Of a stretch of DNA of 64,000 nucleotides, positions 36,106 to 49,953 are shown piece by piece. The position numbers and the translations under genes were made by a program. The notes under the pieces were generated by a model. It ran no database searches. It was not told the DNA's origin and saw only the letters and a list, made by a program, of their open reading frames with translations. The stretch comes from Piromyces finnis finn (lineage: Eukaryota > Fungi > Neocallimastigomycota), in contig MCFH01000019.1 in assembly GCA_002104945.1 (NCBI GenBank), positions 496,001-560,000 on the forward strand, given 5' to 3'. The stretch's first letter is position 1. Each line of letters opens with the position of its first letter.

Positions 36106-38862
36106 ATTATATCAATTTACTGTTAAAATAAGAAATAAACCCATCAATTATGAAAACAAACTATAAAACAAAAAATTTTTTTTAAAAAAAAAAGAATGAT
36201 AAAAAGTATTTTAAAATGCTTATATCTATTAATTATATAAATCATAGTCTATTTCATTCTTTTTTTTTTTTTCATTAAATAGTAAACCCTACCTATTTTT
36301 TTTATAAAAAAAAAAAAAAGTTGTAAAAGACTTTTAAAAATCATTTAATACTGCTAGTAATAATATATATATATATAAATACCTTTACCCCTAATAAATC
36401 ATTATGTATTTTTTTCATATAATATTATTATATTAAACAACACCACACTTTTATATAACAATAAAAGTTTCATTATATGCCTATAATTTAATAAAACATT
36501 ATAAAAAAACCAACCTTTTTTTTTTTCACCTTTATCCAATTTTTTACTTTTTTTATATATTTAATCACCCTTTGCTTAATCCAATTATATCTATAAATAT
36601 AAATTGGATATATTTTTAATAATGGAATTAAGTAATATATGCATTTCTTTATTTTTTTTTTAAAAAAAGAAGAGAGTATGATTTAATCTATCTATATATA
36701 AAAATCTTTTCTTTCTTTTTATTTAAAAATGTTAAAAGCTATTAAACACTAGTTTTTAATTAATTAATAAAAGTTATTCTTATATTTTGTTGAATTTCAA
36801 AATATTAATAGATCCTATTATTAATAAACAGGAATTATCTTATATATATATCTAAAAAAAGAAAAAAAAATATAGATATTTTTTAAAGTATAATGAATTA
36901 AAAAGATAAAAGATATAAAATATATTATTTTTTTCCTCAACTGATTTAGGATTCATTTATTCATAACAGTCGTTAATTCTTAACCTCAAATATTCAATCA
37001 TACTATTCAGTACCAATTACTATTCTATCAAGTTTATTATTAGTAAAAAATAAAAACAAAAAAAAAAAAAAAAAACAAAAAAAAAACTCTATAATTAATA
37101 AACCACTTTTATTTTATCTTTTTTAAAATAATATGTGAATATAAAATGAACTGGGATTATTACTTTTAATATCGAAACAAATTCATCTAATAAACAATAC
37201 CCGGAAAAAAAAAATAAATAAATATTTCTAAAAATGAAGTATTAAAAACAACAACAACACTACCAAATCTAAAACAAAATATCAAGTTAGAAATTATTAG
37301 TCAATGGTTAAACTATTTTTATATAAACTCTAGCAAACAAACAAACAAACAAACAAACAAAAAAAAACTAATTAATAATAATAATAAAAAAAAAAGTTAG
37401 TAAATTTAGTCATTATTTTTTTTTAAAAAAGGAAAAATAATGAATAATTAAATAAAATACACTCTGAAAGTGAAACAAACAATTTAAATGAAAATCCAGG
37501 AAAAAAAAAACAAACAACCCATTATGTTAAATACGAATATGCAAAAACAAAAAATAAAAAACAAAAAACAAAAAACAAAAAACAAAAAACAAAAAAATTT
37601 AAAATTAAAACATATACCTTTTTAAGTAGTAAATAAAAAAGAATATAAAACAAAAAATTTTCAATAGCAACAATTAAAAATACATAATAATTTAATTACT
37701 ATTTAAATATTAAATATGTGTAAAAGTACTGTGTTTTTGGTTTATCCTTAAAAATAATATAGGAATAGGTAATGAGTACTTTAGTGTATATATGAGAAAA
37801 AGTTTGCTTTTTTTTTGTGGTTTTCATTTTTTTTTTTTTTTTATAAAAGTTGTATAAATGTTTTATAATGAATTTTATCTTTTTTTCCTTTTTTATTTTT
37901 ATTAAAATAAAATCGACATTATTATAGCATTCATAAATAACAACAACAAAAAGTACTATTATTTTTGACAATCGGTAAAAGTTTCACCTTCCTTTTTCCT
38001 TTTTGTTTGTATCAATATGTACAGTATGTATACATAATTTATAATGTAGCACATCTTAATATATTTAAAATCCCCGATGAATTTTTATTTTTGATTAATT
38101 AAAAAACAATAAAATCATAATATTTAAAGTTTCATATGAAAATAAACTTCTTTGGTTTGGTTTGGATTTGTTATTTCTTTATAAATCTTTTTTTTTATTT
38201 TTTATTTTATATAGAAATAGATAACAAAAATTTCTTTATCTCAGTTAGTCATATACCATTATCATTATATATATAGAACAACGAATTGCAATGCTAATGT
38301 ATAATAATAATATATAACTTTTAACAATTAAATTATACCTTGTTATCATCATTCATACCCTTCAATACTTTATAATTAACACATATATTATGATAAAACC
38401 ATTTTAAATAAAAATATTATATATAAAGAAATAGTTAACTATTGAAATTACACAATAGATAGAATTAAAAGACAATTTATTATTATTATTATTATTAATT
38501 ATATATCATAGATTATCATAAAAAAAAAGATTTCTATTAAAAAATATACTTTATAAATCATTTACAATTGACAAACGATAGTGTATTAGTTAATTATACA
38601 TATAAATAAAAATATAATAATATCATAATAACTCAATTGTGTTCGCTTGACAAACCTTTGTGCTTTAAGAAATTATCTAATACTAATATAAATTGAAAAG
38701 TTTATCATCCCATTGAAAATATTCAAGTCTTTGATAAATACTATATATATACCAATATTAAGAATTTATAATATAATTATATCTATATCTCCATAGATAG
38801 ATAATTATTATTTTACATTAATTAAAAGTATATAATCAAAGAAAAGAAAGAAAAAAAAAAGA

Positions 38863-39186
38863 ATGCCAACTGCTAAAAAAAAAAAGGGAGGAAAAGGAAA
38901 AAGTAAAGGAAAAAAAGATGAAAAAGATGAAGAATTAGTTATTGTTAAACTTTATGAAATTAGAAAATTATATAATGCCTATAATCGTCAATGTACCCAT
39001 TTTGTAACGGTACCGATGGAACAAGTATTAAAACGAATAGAAAAATATAATAATGAAAATTATTTATATAATAATAAAAATGAATTTCTAGACAAGGTAA
39101 AATACAACAGTATAATATTCTAGGAAGAAATTAATTATAATTATATATATTTATATATGAATAATATTGATTTTTTTTTTTCATTA

Positions 39187-39230
<44 letters not shown>

Positions 39231-40017
39231 AATAAATTTTTTATCCTTGGTTTTTTTTTTTTTGTTTATAATCTTTTTTATAGATTATTATATCGATGTG
39301 TCAAATGAATTGTAATGATATGTATGCTCTATCAACGACATTCCAAAACTTTAAATATTTAAAAATGTTATGTTTAATGCATATTCAGATGGATAAGGGT
39401 GCTTATATTGCTCTAGTATGTTTTATATATATATATATATACAAATATTTTATTATTTTATTTTAAAAAAATATAAAATAATTATATTGATTTTTTTTTT
39501 ATAATAACGAATGAGAAATAATATTAAATTCTAATAATTTTTTTTTTTTTTTGTATAAATTTTAAATAAAACTCTATTATGAACTTTCTATTTGAAATAT
39601 ATATATGTATATATATTATATAATTTATGTATAATTTCCATTCCATATTAATATCATATTATCAATTATTTATTTAAATTTAATATTCATGAAAAAAAAA
39701 AAAAAATCAACAGGATAAATTTTTATCTAGACATAAATTCTTGGAAATTTTCATTTTTATTTATTGTTGTGCTAATGTTGATAATTCGGTATATTTAGCT
39801 TCTATATTAAGAAATACAGAATCATTAGTAGATGTTACATTTGATCATAATAAGTTAAAAGAAGAAGGATTTATTAATATTTTAATGGGAATAAAAGAAA
39901 ATCAAAACACGAAAATAAAAAAATTAAGTTTTCAATATTGTGATATCCATGGTGAACATTGTGAAGCTTTAGTACCTCTAATCGGTGGAAATAAAACAAT
40001 AACGTAATTATCTTTTC

Positions 40018-40060
<43 letters not shown>

Positions 40061-40923
40061 TGAAATTTGAAATATATAGGAATAGAATAAAAGATAAGAA
40101 ACAAATCTTTTATTCATAAATTATAATAATAATAGTAATAATAATAATAATAATATTATTAGTTAAATAATTTATTAACTCTTTTTTTTATATTATATAT
40201 TAATTACTCTATTTTTTTTTCATAATCTATTTATCTTTCTTTTTTTTTTTGGATATATTTTTTTTTATTATCATCATAATTAAAAGTGAGTTAGATTTAA
40301 GTGGTAATTATTTAGGACAAGATGGGGTTATGTTTTTATCTACTGCTTTAATGAATAATAGTACATTGAAAGTACTAAATCTTGCATCCAATAATATCAC
40401 AGATGATCAAGAATTGTATGGAAGAACTCTTTTAACGCCCATAGCATCAAAATCAAATATTGCTACCCCTGCCGTACCTAATCCAGTAGAAGTTGGAGGA
40501 TTAGTATCCGGCACGAGTACCATTACTGGTGATAATTTAATGAATGAACTAGATGAAAATAAAAGTAAAGCGTTATCCTCAAATCTTGTTGAAGATAATA
40601 ATTCTGTATCTATGACTACATCTACACTTACTTATTTAGCTGAAGCTGTTTCACGAGAAGAATCTGCTATTACTCATTTAGATTTACGTTATAATAATAT
40701 TGGTAATAATGGTGGTGAAATTATGTTACAAGCACTTAAAACGCGAAAAGCAATCGTAGTAGCAAAAAAGAAAACTGCACCCGTATTTATTTGTCAGGTT
40801 ACTGAAAGAATGAAATCCGATATATTTTCAAAAATATTTGATATTAATAAATTTATGTTAGAACAAGAAAAGAAACGATCTGGTAAAAAAGGAAAAAAAG
40901 GAAAGAAAGGAAAAAAGAAATAA
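38863..40923 (+). CDS. RNI-like leucine-rich repeat protein with Lys/Gly-rich termini (430 aa, 4 exons)
   Basis: Exons 38863-39096, 39284-39415, 39714-40003 and 40287-40923 splice in frame. Repeats ELDLSGNYLGQDG, LKVLNLASNNI and THLDLRYNNIGNNGG. Both ends carry KKGKK-type tracts. Confidence 0.85.
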
Positions 40924-41393
40924 TCCTAATAACTAGTAATCCTAATATCTAATAATACTAATAAAATAGCTCTATAAATTATACCATTTCAAAATAAAAA
41001 TAAAATAAAAAAAAAAAAAAACATCTTTAATTCCAATTAATATTTTGTATTGTTATTTCCTTTTTTTTTTTTTTATCGATTTCCAATTAATTTTTAATTT
41101 TCAACTATTACTATAGAAAACATAGAAAACAATAAAAAAAATTTTTTTTTATTCCATTATTTTTGTTTTTAACAATAGACAATATACATATAAACCTATT
41201 TATTCAAAATTATAATATCAACATTGTAATTTTATTTATTTATTACAAATAGAAATAAAAAACAAAGAAAGAAAAAATATTTTATTATTATTATTCATTC
41301 ATTTATTATAATATTATATCAATGAAAATATATTATCACTTTTTTTTTTTTTTTTAAAAAAAAAATATAAATATAGAAATGATAATGATAATG

Positions 41394-41535
<142 letters not shown>

Positions 41536-42115
41536 TTAAAATGAAATAAAATTAATAATATATGAAAATAATAGTTCCTACAAGATTATTTATTTTTATT
41601 TGTTTTTTCTTTATTAAAAAATTATTTAAAAAAGCTGTTTTTATAATATACACTTTTAAAGTTGTTGTTGGGGTATAATTTATATCTTCAGAAATAATTT
41701 AAATAGAAAATCTAATGATAAAATAATACTATTTTATGTGTAATTAATAAATAAAAGGATCTTTGAATAGAATATATAAGATGTTGAAAAAAAAAAAAAA
41801 ACTACATTAGGTATATATTAGGTATTATAGATAAAAAGATATGGAAATTTAACAATATGATTTTTTTATGCTTTTAATAGTTTATAAGACAATATGAAAT
41901 TTATTTCTAATTTATGATTTACGCATTTTAATAGTCAAGGCTGTTAATAATAATGTTGGTATTGGAACATACTTTAGTTGTAGAAAAAAAAATAGTAATT
42001 AACAAAAAAAAAATAAGTGATTCTTAAAATTAATAATTTTTGAAAAAATATATATATTTGTATTTTTATAAATTATTCAATTAACTTTTCTTTTCTTCCC
42101 CCCTCTTCCCTATAA

Positions 42116-42616
42116 TTATTTTTGTGTTGATATTTTCTTATATTTTTGTTCAATTGTCAATAATTTTTTTTTCATATCAACACCTCCTGCATATCCAGTT
42201 AAATTTCCTTTAGTACCTACAACACGATGGCATGGTACAATAAGCCAAATTGGATTTCTATGACAAGCACCACCAACAGCTCTAACTGCTTTAGGATTTT
42301 TTATTTTTTTAGCAACATCACCATAAGTGAACGTTTCACCATAAGGTATAGTTTCTAATACCTTCCAAACTTTTTTTTGAAAAGATGTCCCTTGAAACTT
42401 GTATGGAATATCAAACGTTTTCCTTTCACCTATCATATATTCATTTATTTCTTTAAATATTTTATCTGTGAAACTATTTTTTTGTTGTTTTGCTGTTTCA
42501 TTCAACTCTTTGGTTTTAGTGTCGTCTGCTTTAAGAATACTTAGAGAATATAAAATTTCATGGTGATATTTCATTTCAAGAATACCTAATTCTAAATTAT
42601 AATATGCTACATTCAT
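42116..42616 (-). CDS. ogt: Methylated-DNA--protein-cysteine methyltransferase (O6-alkylguanine-DNA alkyltransferase), bacterial Ogt-like
   Basis: FQKKVW...IPYGET.TY...A..I.NPKAVRAVGGAC.RNP..LIVPCHRVVG..G.LTGYAGG...KK.LL.IE, including the PCHR active site. Intronless, 166 aa. Confidence 0.95.
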   Translation of the reverse strand: MNVAYYNLELGILEMKYHHEILYSLSILKADDTKTKELNETAKQQKNSFTDKIFKEINEYMIGERKTFDIPYKFQGTSFQKKVWKVLETIPYGETFTYGDVAKKIKNPKAVRAVGGACHRNPIWLIVPCHRVVGTKGNLTGYAGGVDMKKKLLTIEQKYKKISTQK

Positions 42617-44313
42617 TTTTTTTTTTTTTCTTTATTCTATTCTATGCATTTTTTCAATTTATAAATATTAAATATAAAGTATTTATATAATTAAAATGTT
42701 TCATTATTCCAATTTATAATAACATTTGTATATTATTAGGATAACTTTTTGAAATTCAATATTATAAATTTTTCAAAGTTTTTTTTTTTAATTATAAATT
42801 TTTTTTTAATTTTTTTTGTTTATTTCTTTATTTTTATATGATTGGTTTATTAATATTAAAAAAAGGGAAAAGTGTAACATACATACAATGTTTTATTTTA
42901 ATAAATATACATGAAAAAGAAAATATTTATAATATTCCATATATAAATGAATATAATGGTTAATGGTAGGTAAATTTCATTCATATTTTTAGAGTGTAGA
43001 AATGTATTCCTATATATTATTTTATTATTACAAAAGGAGGTAATAGGAATAATTTAATCTTTATAAAAGTATACATCTATCAATTAATACAAATAATAAT
43101 AATATTGAAATTTCATCAAAAGCGTCATTTCAAAATTAAACATTAATTTATGTATATTCCACATAAATATTCACTCTATATTAATGTTAAACAATGTGAT
43201 CCCATGATTAATTTCATTTCTATTATCAATACTTTGATGTTACACATTTCACATTTTTTAATTTTTTATTAAATTAAATATTATCATCTATTTTAATATA
43301 ATAATGAATAAATATTAATAATATATTAAATAATTATTATATATAACAATATATATTATGTTATATATTTTTAATATATTAAATGTGAATTAAAAAAGTT
43401 TTATCAAAAAGTGTTTCATTTTTTAATTTTTTCATGCAAAAAAAAAAAGAACGGATTACTGAAAGAAAGCATTATGCTAAAGCAATTACTATATTAAATA
43501 AAAAAAGAGTACATTAACATTATTATATCCTTTCTTTTTCTTACTTTATAACTCTACATAAGATCAAATTTATAAAGTAAAATGTTATTAATAAAAAATA
43601 TCTTTTAATATATTTTAATATGATCCAGAATTAATAATCTAAAAATATTTTTGAAAATTTTAAAGTATGACAAAAGAAATTTAATTTAATATAAATAAAC
43701 AATTTAATTTAAATATATTATTTCATATATAAATTATATATTATATCATTTTATAAAAAAAAAAGTTTCAGATAATTCTATTTTTTATAATCATAAATAA
43801 TAATAATAAAAAAAGGACCTTTTGTTAAAAGGAGTGTGTTGTTAATTTAAGATTATATTTCTTTCATTAACAAATTATAAAATAAAATAAAAATAAATAA
43901 AAAAGAAAAAAACATTTAAATAATGTTCAATTAAAATAGAAATAAAATTTTTTATTATCCCATATATCAAAAGAACATTTTTTGAGATTTTAATATAAAC
44001 AAGTACTAAATACTAATTTTAAAATCTTGACAAATACTTTAATAGGTATTTTATAATAATACTTTTAAATAATAGAACAATATTTTATTTATTCTACATA
44101 AACTTTATGTATTATATATATTCAATGTCGTATGAATATACATTTAATTCTTTTTTTTTTAAAAAAAAAATATACATCGTTAATTATTGGGCAATCATAA
44201 GATAGGATATAAAATAATAAATTAAGAAAACGCAAAAATAAATATATACACATATATATTCCTAAAAAAAAAATAATAAAATAAAAATAAATAAATTAAA
44301 ACAAAATATAACA

Positions 44314-46184
44314 ATGAAAATTTCAACTTTATTTTCATTACTTACCGTTGTTGGCATGTCATATGCTAGCGCAAGTACAAGCACAAACCCTAGTACTACT
44401 ACTACTACCACTACCACTGCTGCAAGTACTAGCACCAGCGCTGAGACTAGTACTACTACAAAAAGAGTTGTTTCCACAAAATCTAGTTCTACTACTTCAA
44501 AAGCAGCATCAAAACCAACTACTTCACCTTCAAGTGATAATGAATCTGATTGTGAAATTTTAAAGGATATCTTTAAAGATCTTAAGGAAGAATATCCATG
44601 GTACAAAAATATCAATGAATGTTGTAAAGAACCATTTTATTGTAACAATGAAAATAATATCGAAAAAATGTAAGAATAATTGAGGAAAAAAAAAAAAAAC
44701 AATAACTAATAATAATAAAAAAAAAATATTATGGAATATAAGTCTTACTAAATCAAAATATATAATAATTTTAATTAATAATAATTATATAGAGATTTAA
44801 AATCAGTTAAACTCAACATTCCATTCTCAACAAAATTTAGTGAATTAAAAAGTCTAAAGACACTGTAATTAATCATTATAAATTTTTAAATTATATTAAT
44901 TCAATATTAAAATAGACATCCTTGATACTTGTTTATACCAAATAATTTTATTTCAATAAATAATAACAATAATAACAATATATATTAGTTCATTATCAAA
45001 TACAGGTATTTATGGTGAAATTCCAGAAGGTTTTTATAAATTAGAGAATTTAGAAATTTTGTAAGTAAAAGAATTAAAATTTTTAGTTATCTCCATATTT
45101 TTTTATCTATGTATTTTTTGATAAACAATTCATTAATGGAAATTTTTATTCTAAATTTTAGAGAATTAAATGATAATCATTTGAATGGTACTATTGCAAG
45201 CGATGTCAAAAATTTAAAGAAATTAAAAACTTTGTAAGTATGCTTGTAATAATAAATGATAATATCTGAACATGTATTGAATTTCAAAAAAAAAAAAATT
45301 TTTTTATCTCACTATGAAAAATAGAAATTTAAGTAATAATAATATGACTGGTTCTGTTCCATCTTCCCTTTTCAATATTGAAACTTTAGAAGAAGTGTAA
45401 ATAATATATTGTTTTATTATTAATATTAAATATTCTTTAATAAAATAAATAAATATGTATATAAAAGCAATATTTCTAAATCAATAATAATAATAATATT
45501 ATTATTATTTTTATTTTTATTCCAATTAGTAATTTAAGTAACAATAAAATAGAAGGAGAAATCCCTAAAATGGAAAAAGCATTAAAAACTTGTAATTTTG
45601 AAAAGACTGAAATGTGTACAAAAGAAAAATTAGATTGTGCACCATCCTTAGCCATTTGTGAAAGTAAAAGTAGCCATACTTTAATCTATGTTATTATTGG
45701 TATTGTTATTGTGATTATTCTTTTAGCTTTATGTTATTGCTTGTACGGCAAATCAAAGTCAAAAGATGAAAAAAAGACTAACTCTGTAAGTCAACAAGAA
45801 TTAAATACTAGTATTAGTAAGAGAAATAGTAATTCCAGTAGTAATTCCAGTAGTAGTTCAAGTAGTACTAGCACTAAGGATAAGGTCGAAACTTCTAGTG
45901 GTGAATCTTTCGAACCTTTACCAAATATTTCCACGGATGAAGGAAAACTTGGTGGTGATAGTCTCTTTATAAAAAAGGAAAAATCCTTTGTTTTGTTAGA
46001 AATTCCAGAAAGTGTAAAGAATGATTTTGTTGAAGATTTAATTGATACTAATCCTGCTTTAATTTCACCATTCCTTTCATTAAAGGAGGACTCAGAAACT
46101 AAATCTATTCAATCTTCCGTATCTTCAAAATCATCTCAATCTTCAAAATCTTCATCTTCTACTAATTCATCAAATGCAAAATAA
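44314..46184 (+). CDS. Single-pass LRR receptor-like protein (plant-type LxxLxLxxNxLxGxIP repeats), 432 aa, 6 exons
   Basis: Exons 44314-44669, 44793-44864, 44989-45060, 45162-45233, 45325-45396 and 45530-46184 splice in frame. Signal peptide, Ser/Thr stalk, Cys cap (ECC..FYCN), LRRs, TM LIYVIIGIVIVIILLALCYCLY, Ser-rich cytoplasmic tail, no kinase. Confidence 0.9.
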
Positions 46185-48638
46185 TAAAAAAAAAAAGACA
46201 GGTTTTAAAAAAAAAAATATTATTTTGTAAAATTATTTATCATTTTCTATATATTTAAAAAATTAGATTTAAAAAATAGAATAATTTATAAAGAATTAAA
46301 AATAAAGAAAAATAAATAAAAAATAAAAGCTAAATATTTAAACAAAAAAAAAAAAAAATTCTTATTATATAATGATAATATCCTTTTTTTTTTTTTTTTT
46401 CTGTTAAAGAATTACACCTTTACTATAAATTTACTTTTTCAGTTTTTTTTTTTTATAGAATAAAAAATATTTAAATATATAAACTTTATTTTGTTGTTAT
46501 CAAAATTCTTTTTTCATTTTTTTGGTATAAAAAAATATTTCTTCCCATGTTACTATGCTTTAAAAATTTTTACATTCAAACTTTATAAAATAAAAAAAGA
46601 AAAATAATCAGCATTTAAAAATATTAAATGTTCTCTTTTCATTATATGTCAGAGAGATTCCCATTTTTTTAATAAATCATCCTCTTATTTTTCTTTACTT
46701 TTTATTACCACCAAAATTAAGCAAAATTAAAATTTAACTCCCTTAAATTACTGGTAATAATCTTCTAACTTTAAAAAGTTAAAAAAAGCAATAGAGATAA
46801 ATTATTTCAAACCTTGTTCATCAATATTTATATTCATAAAATTCAATATGATTGGTCAATATTTAATTATTCTCTCCAATAATTAATCAATATGAATCAT
46901 TCATTTTAGTTGGAAGAGCATCATTTTATAATACTGTACAATTTACATTACATAAATTAAATAATGTATATGTATTTAATGAAAGTCAGATTATTTAATA
47001 CAAATAGTCATAATCTGTTTTATTTTTTGTAGGTCGTTGTTGTATTTAAACCATCCTTTATAGCAATCATATTTTTAAAGCTTTTTTTTTTTATTCCTCT
47101 TTATATATAAAATTGTGAAGTTACATTAGAATTAAAAAAAAAGAAAGCAAATAAAAAATAAAAAAAAACATGTTTTTAATACTATAAATTTTAAAATAAT
47201 AATAAAGATTTAAATTAATAAATGATATGGTTTTTTTTTATTTTATTATATTATTTTATTTCATTCTATTAAAAGGATTATATGATTTAAAGAAAAAAGA
47301 AAAGCTTTTATTTATTTTTAAAAAATAAACTCTATATACCATTCTGCTATTCTACAATCTTTTTTTTTAAATAAGGATTAAAAGATGATGATATAAGAGG
47401 AATTGATAATTTTTATAAAAAAAAAAGTTATGATAAAAGATGGTCAAACTATATTTATAAAAGATTTTACTTTAATAAAAATCAGTTTTATAAATATTAT
47501 TATTATTTTTATTATTATATTTAATTATGATTTTATAAATTTAATAATTAGTAGTAGTGACACTATAATCACTACTACTAATGTTACTATAGTATCACTA
47601 CTAATTATGGATTGTGGTAGTGATTATAATAGTAGCTGCAAAGGAAGCAGCAATAACAATGTGATGGTGGTAACATGTAACATCACTACTTTTTTCAAAA
47701 AAAATTGTACAACTTTTAATTTATTAATAAATAAAGTTTTTAATTTAAAATTTTAATTTTTTATTTTTAATCCAATAAATTTAAAGTTTGAAGATTAATA
47801 AAAAAAATAACAATAAATGATATACACGTGTATAAAATAATTAATTTATACATAAAAGGAATATAAATAATCTCAATTTCACATAAATTTATGATGAAAT
47901 CAAAATTTTAAAACATCAAATTAATATTGTATATAAATATAGTTTAATATATAATTATATATATAATTATATATATTAACTATTAATTCTTATTTTATAA
48001 TAATATTTATTTAATTAAAAAAAATATTAATTAAAAAAAAAAAAAGGGAAAAAAAAAAATTATATATAGAGGAAAAAGTCAGAAAAGGTCGTTTTTTTTT
48101 TTTAAATTTAAATAAAATATTCAAAAGATTTAAAAAAAAAAAAAAAGACTTTAAGAGGAAATATAACTTTTCTTTTTATAACTGAAGATATAATAAAATT
48201 ATAAAAAAAAAAAAAAACTTTTTTTGTAATAAAATTATTATATATAAAAAGATACAATTATTCATTTTTATTTCCTAATTAAATAAATAATAATTAATAC
48301 ATTTTTTGTTTTATATAGTACTCTTTATCAAAAATAAATATATTTTTATTAATAATTGTTTAATAAAAATAAAGTAAATATAAAACAATTTTATCTTATA
48401 TCAACAAAATAAACAACGATTTAATAAACTAGTTTTAAAAAACTACCTATTTTAATTGAACTAAATATTATAATTTAAACTTTTTTAAAAAGGTAAACTT
48501 TAATATCATTATACAATTTTTATAAATATACAATATTCATTAAAGAGTAAAATTAAATGGTTATTAGACAATTTTGAAATAATAGTATTAAGTATTTTTA
48601 AATAAATGTTTATGATAAATTAATAATAAATATAATAA

Positions 48639-48695
<57 letters not shown>

Positions 48696-48825
48696 TAGAA
48701 TAATAATAATAATATATATATATATATATTATAAGCATTTAACTAATTTAAAAACTTTTTAATAATTTATTAACTTTTAATTTTAAATATTTATATATTG
48801 TATTACTTTTAGCATAATAGTAAAA

Positions 48826-49953
48826 ATGAAAATCAAGGGAATTATGAAGAGAAAAACCATTAATGGTGATGCTTCCATTAGAACCAAATCTGAAGCCAGT
48901 TTCATTAAGGAAGACATTTCTTCTATCCAAGAAGAAAAAACATTAATGTCTAACAAAAATGGTAGTACTGAAACTCTTGTTGATTTAGCTGATAATCAAA
49001 CTAATAGTCAAAGTAAGTTTGATGAGTTCAAGGCTCAAATGCTTAAAATGTTTGAAGAACAAGAAAAGAAACATAATGAAAAGGTTGAATCTTTACTTCA
49101 AAAAATTGAAGTTCTCACAGTTGAAAACCGTCAATACCAAGCCAAGGTTAATGAACTTGAAAAGAAATTAAATAAGATAGAAAGCAATACTGATATGGTT
49201 AGTAAGGTTCAAGATTTAGAACAAAAGGTTGAAAACTTAGAAGACCAATATCAAGAACAAAGTCAAAGTATTAGTCAAAGAGAACTTTCAGATGATCAAA
49301 TTGTTCAAGCTATTGATCAAATTACTCAAAATAACCGTGACTTTAAGAAACTTCAAGAAAAGATTGATCAATTAGAAAAGTCTGATGCTAAGATTCTTGA
49401 AGATCAAAGCTTCATGACCAAGGAAGTTGAAAAATTAAACTCCTTTGTTATAAACAATGAAGAAATTAAGGTATGAAATCACAAAAAAAAATATTTATTT
49501 ATTAAAAGGAAAAAAAAAAGGATGAAAAAATAAATAGTTTTGGAAAAGTTTTTATATATTTTATATTAAGAAAATTTTTTTTATTATTATTCACGAAACC
49601 TAGGTCTATGTTGATGTTAGAGGAGGAATTAACTTTAGTGTTATTGCTACCTCTGCTCAAACTATTGGTAATTTAAAGAGTCAAATTAAAGAAGAATTAG
49701 GATGTGATGTTGCTTCAGAAATCTTAACTTACAATGGTTATGTTTTAGAAGATGAATTCAATTTACATGACTACAACATTTGCGAAGGTAATGAAGGCAT
49801 TATAACATTTTAAGATTAAAATAATTTTTTTTTTTTATGATTTAATTTAAAATTTAAATTAATATAATAAATTTATAATCATTATTAATGTTTTTTTTTT
49901 TCTTTTTTTATGCATAAATAGATTCAACTATTCAACTTACTTTACGTAATTAA
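48826..49953 (+). CDS. Coiled-coil protein with C-terminal ubiquitin-like domain (287 aa, 3 exons)
   Basis: Exons 48826-49470, 49604-49787 and 49922-49953. The last 72 aa (VYVDVRGG...TIGNLKSQIKEELG...ILTYNGYVLEDEFNLHDYNICEDSTIQLTLRN) match the ubiquitin pattern TI.nlK.kI.....L.y.G..LED...L.DY.I...STl.L.LR. Confidence 0.85.

Noticed and set aside
47403-47756. 117-aa ORF with GTG/ATT-rich composition
   Set aside because: Low-complexity, non-ATG start, no motif; likely a chance frame in AT-rich DNA (same for 33251, 37699, 50157, 56350 and 57048).
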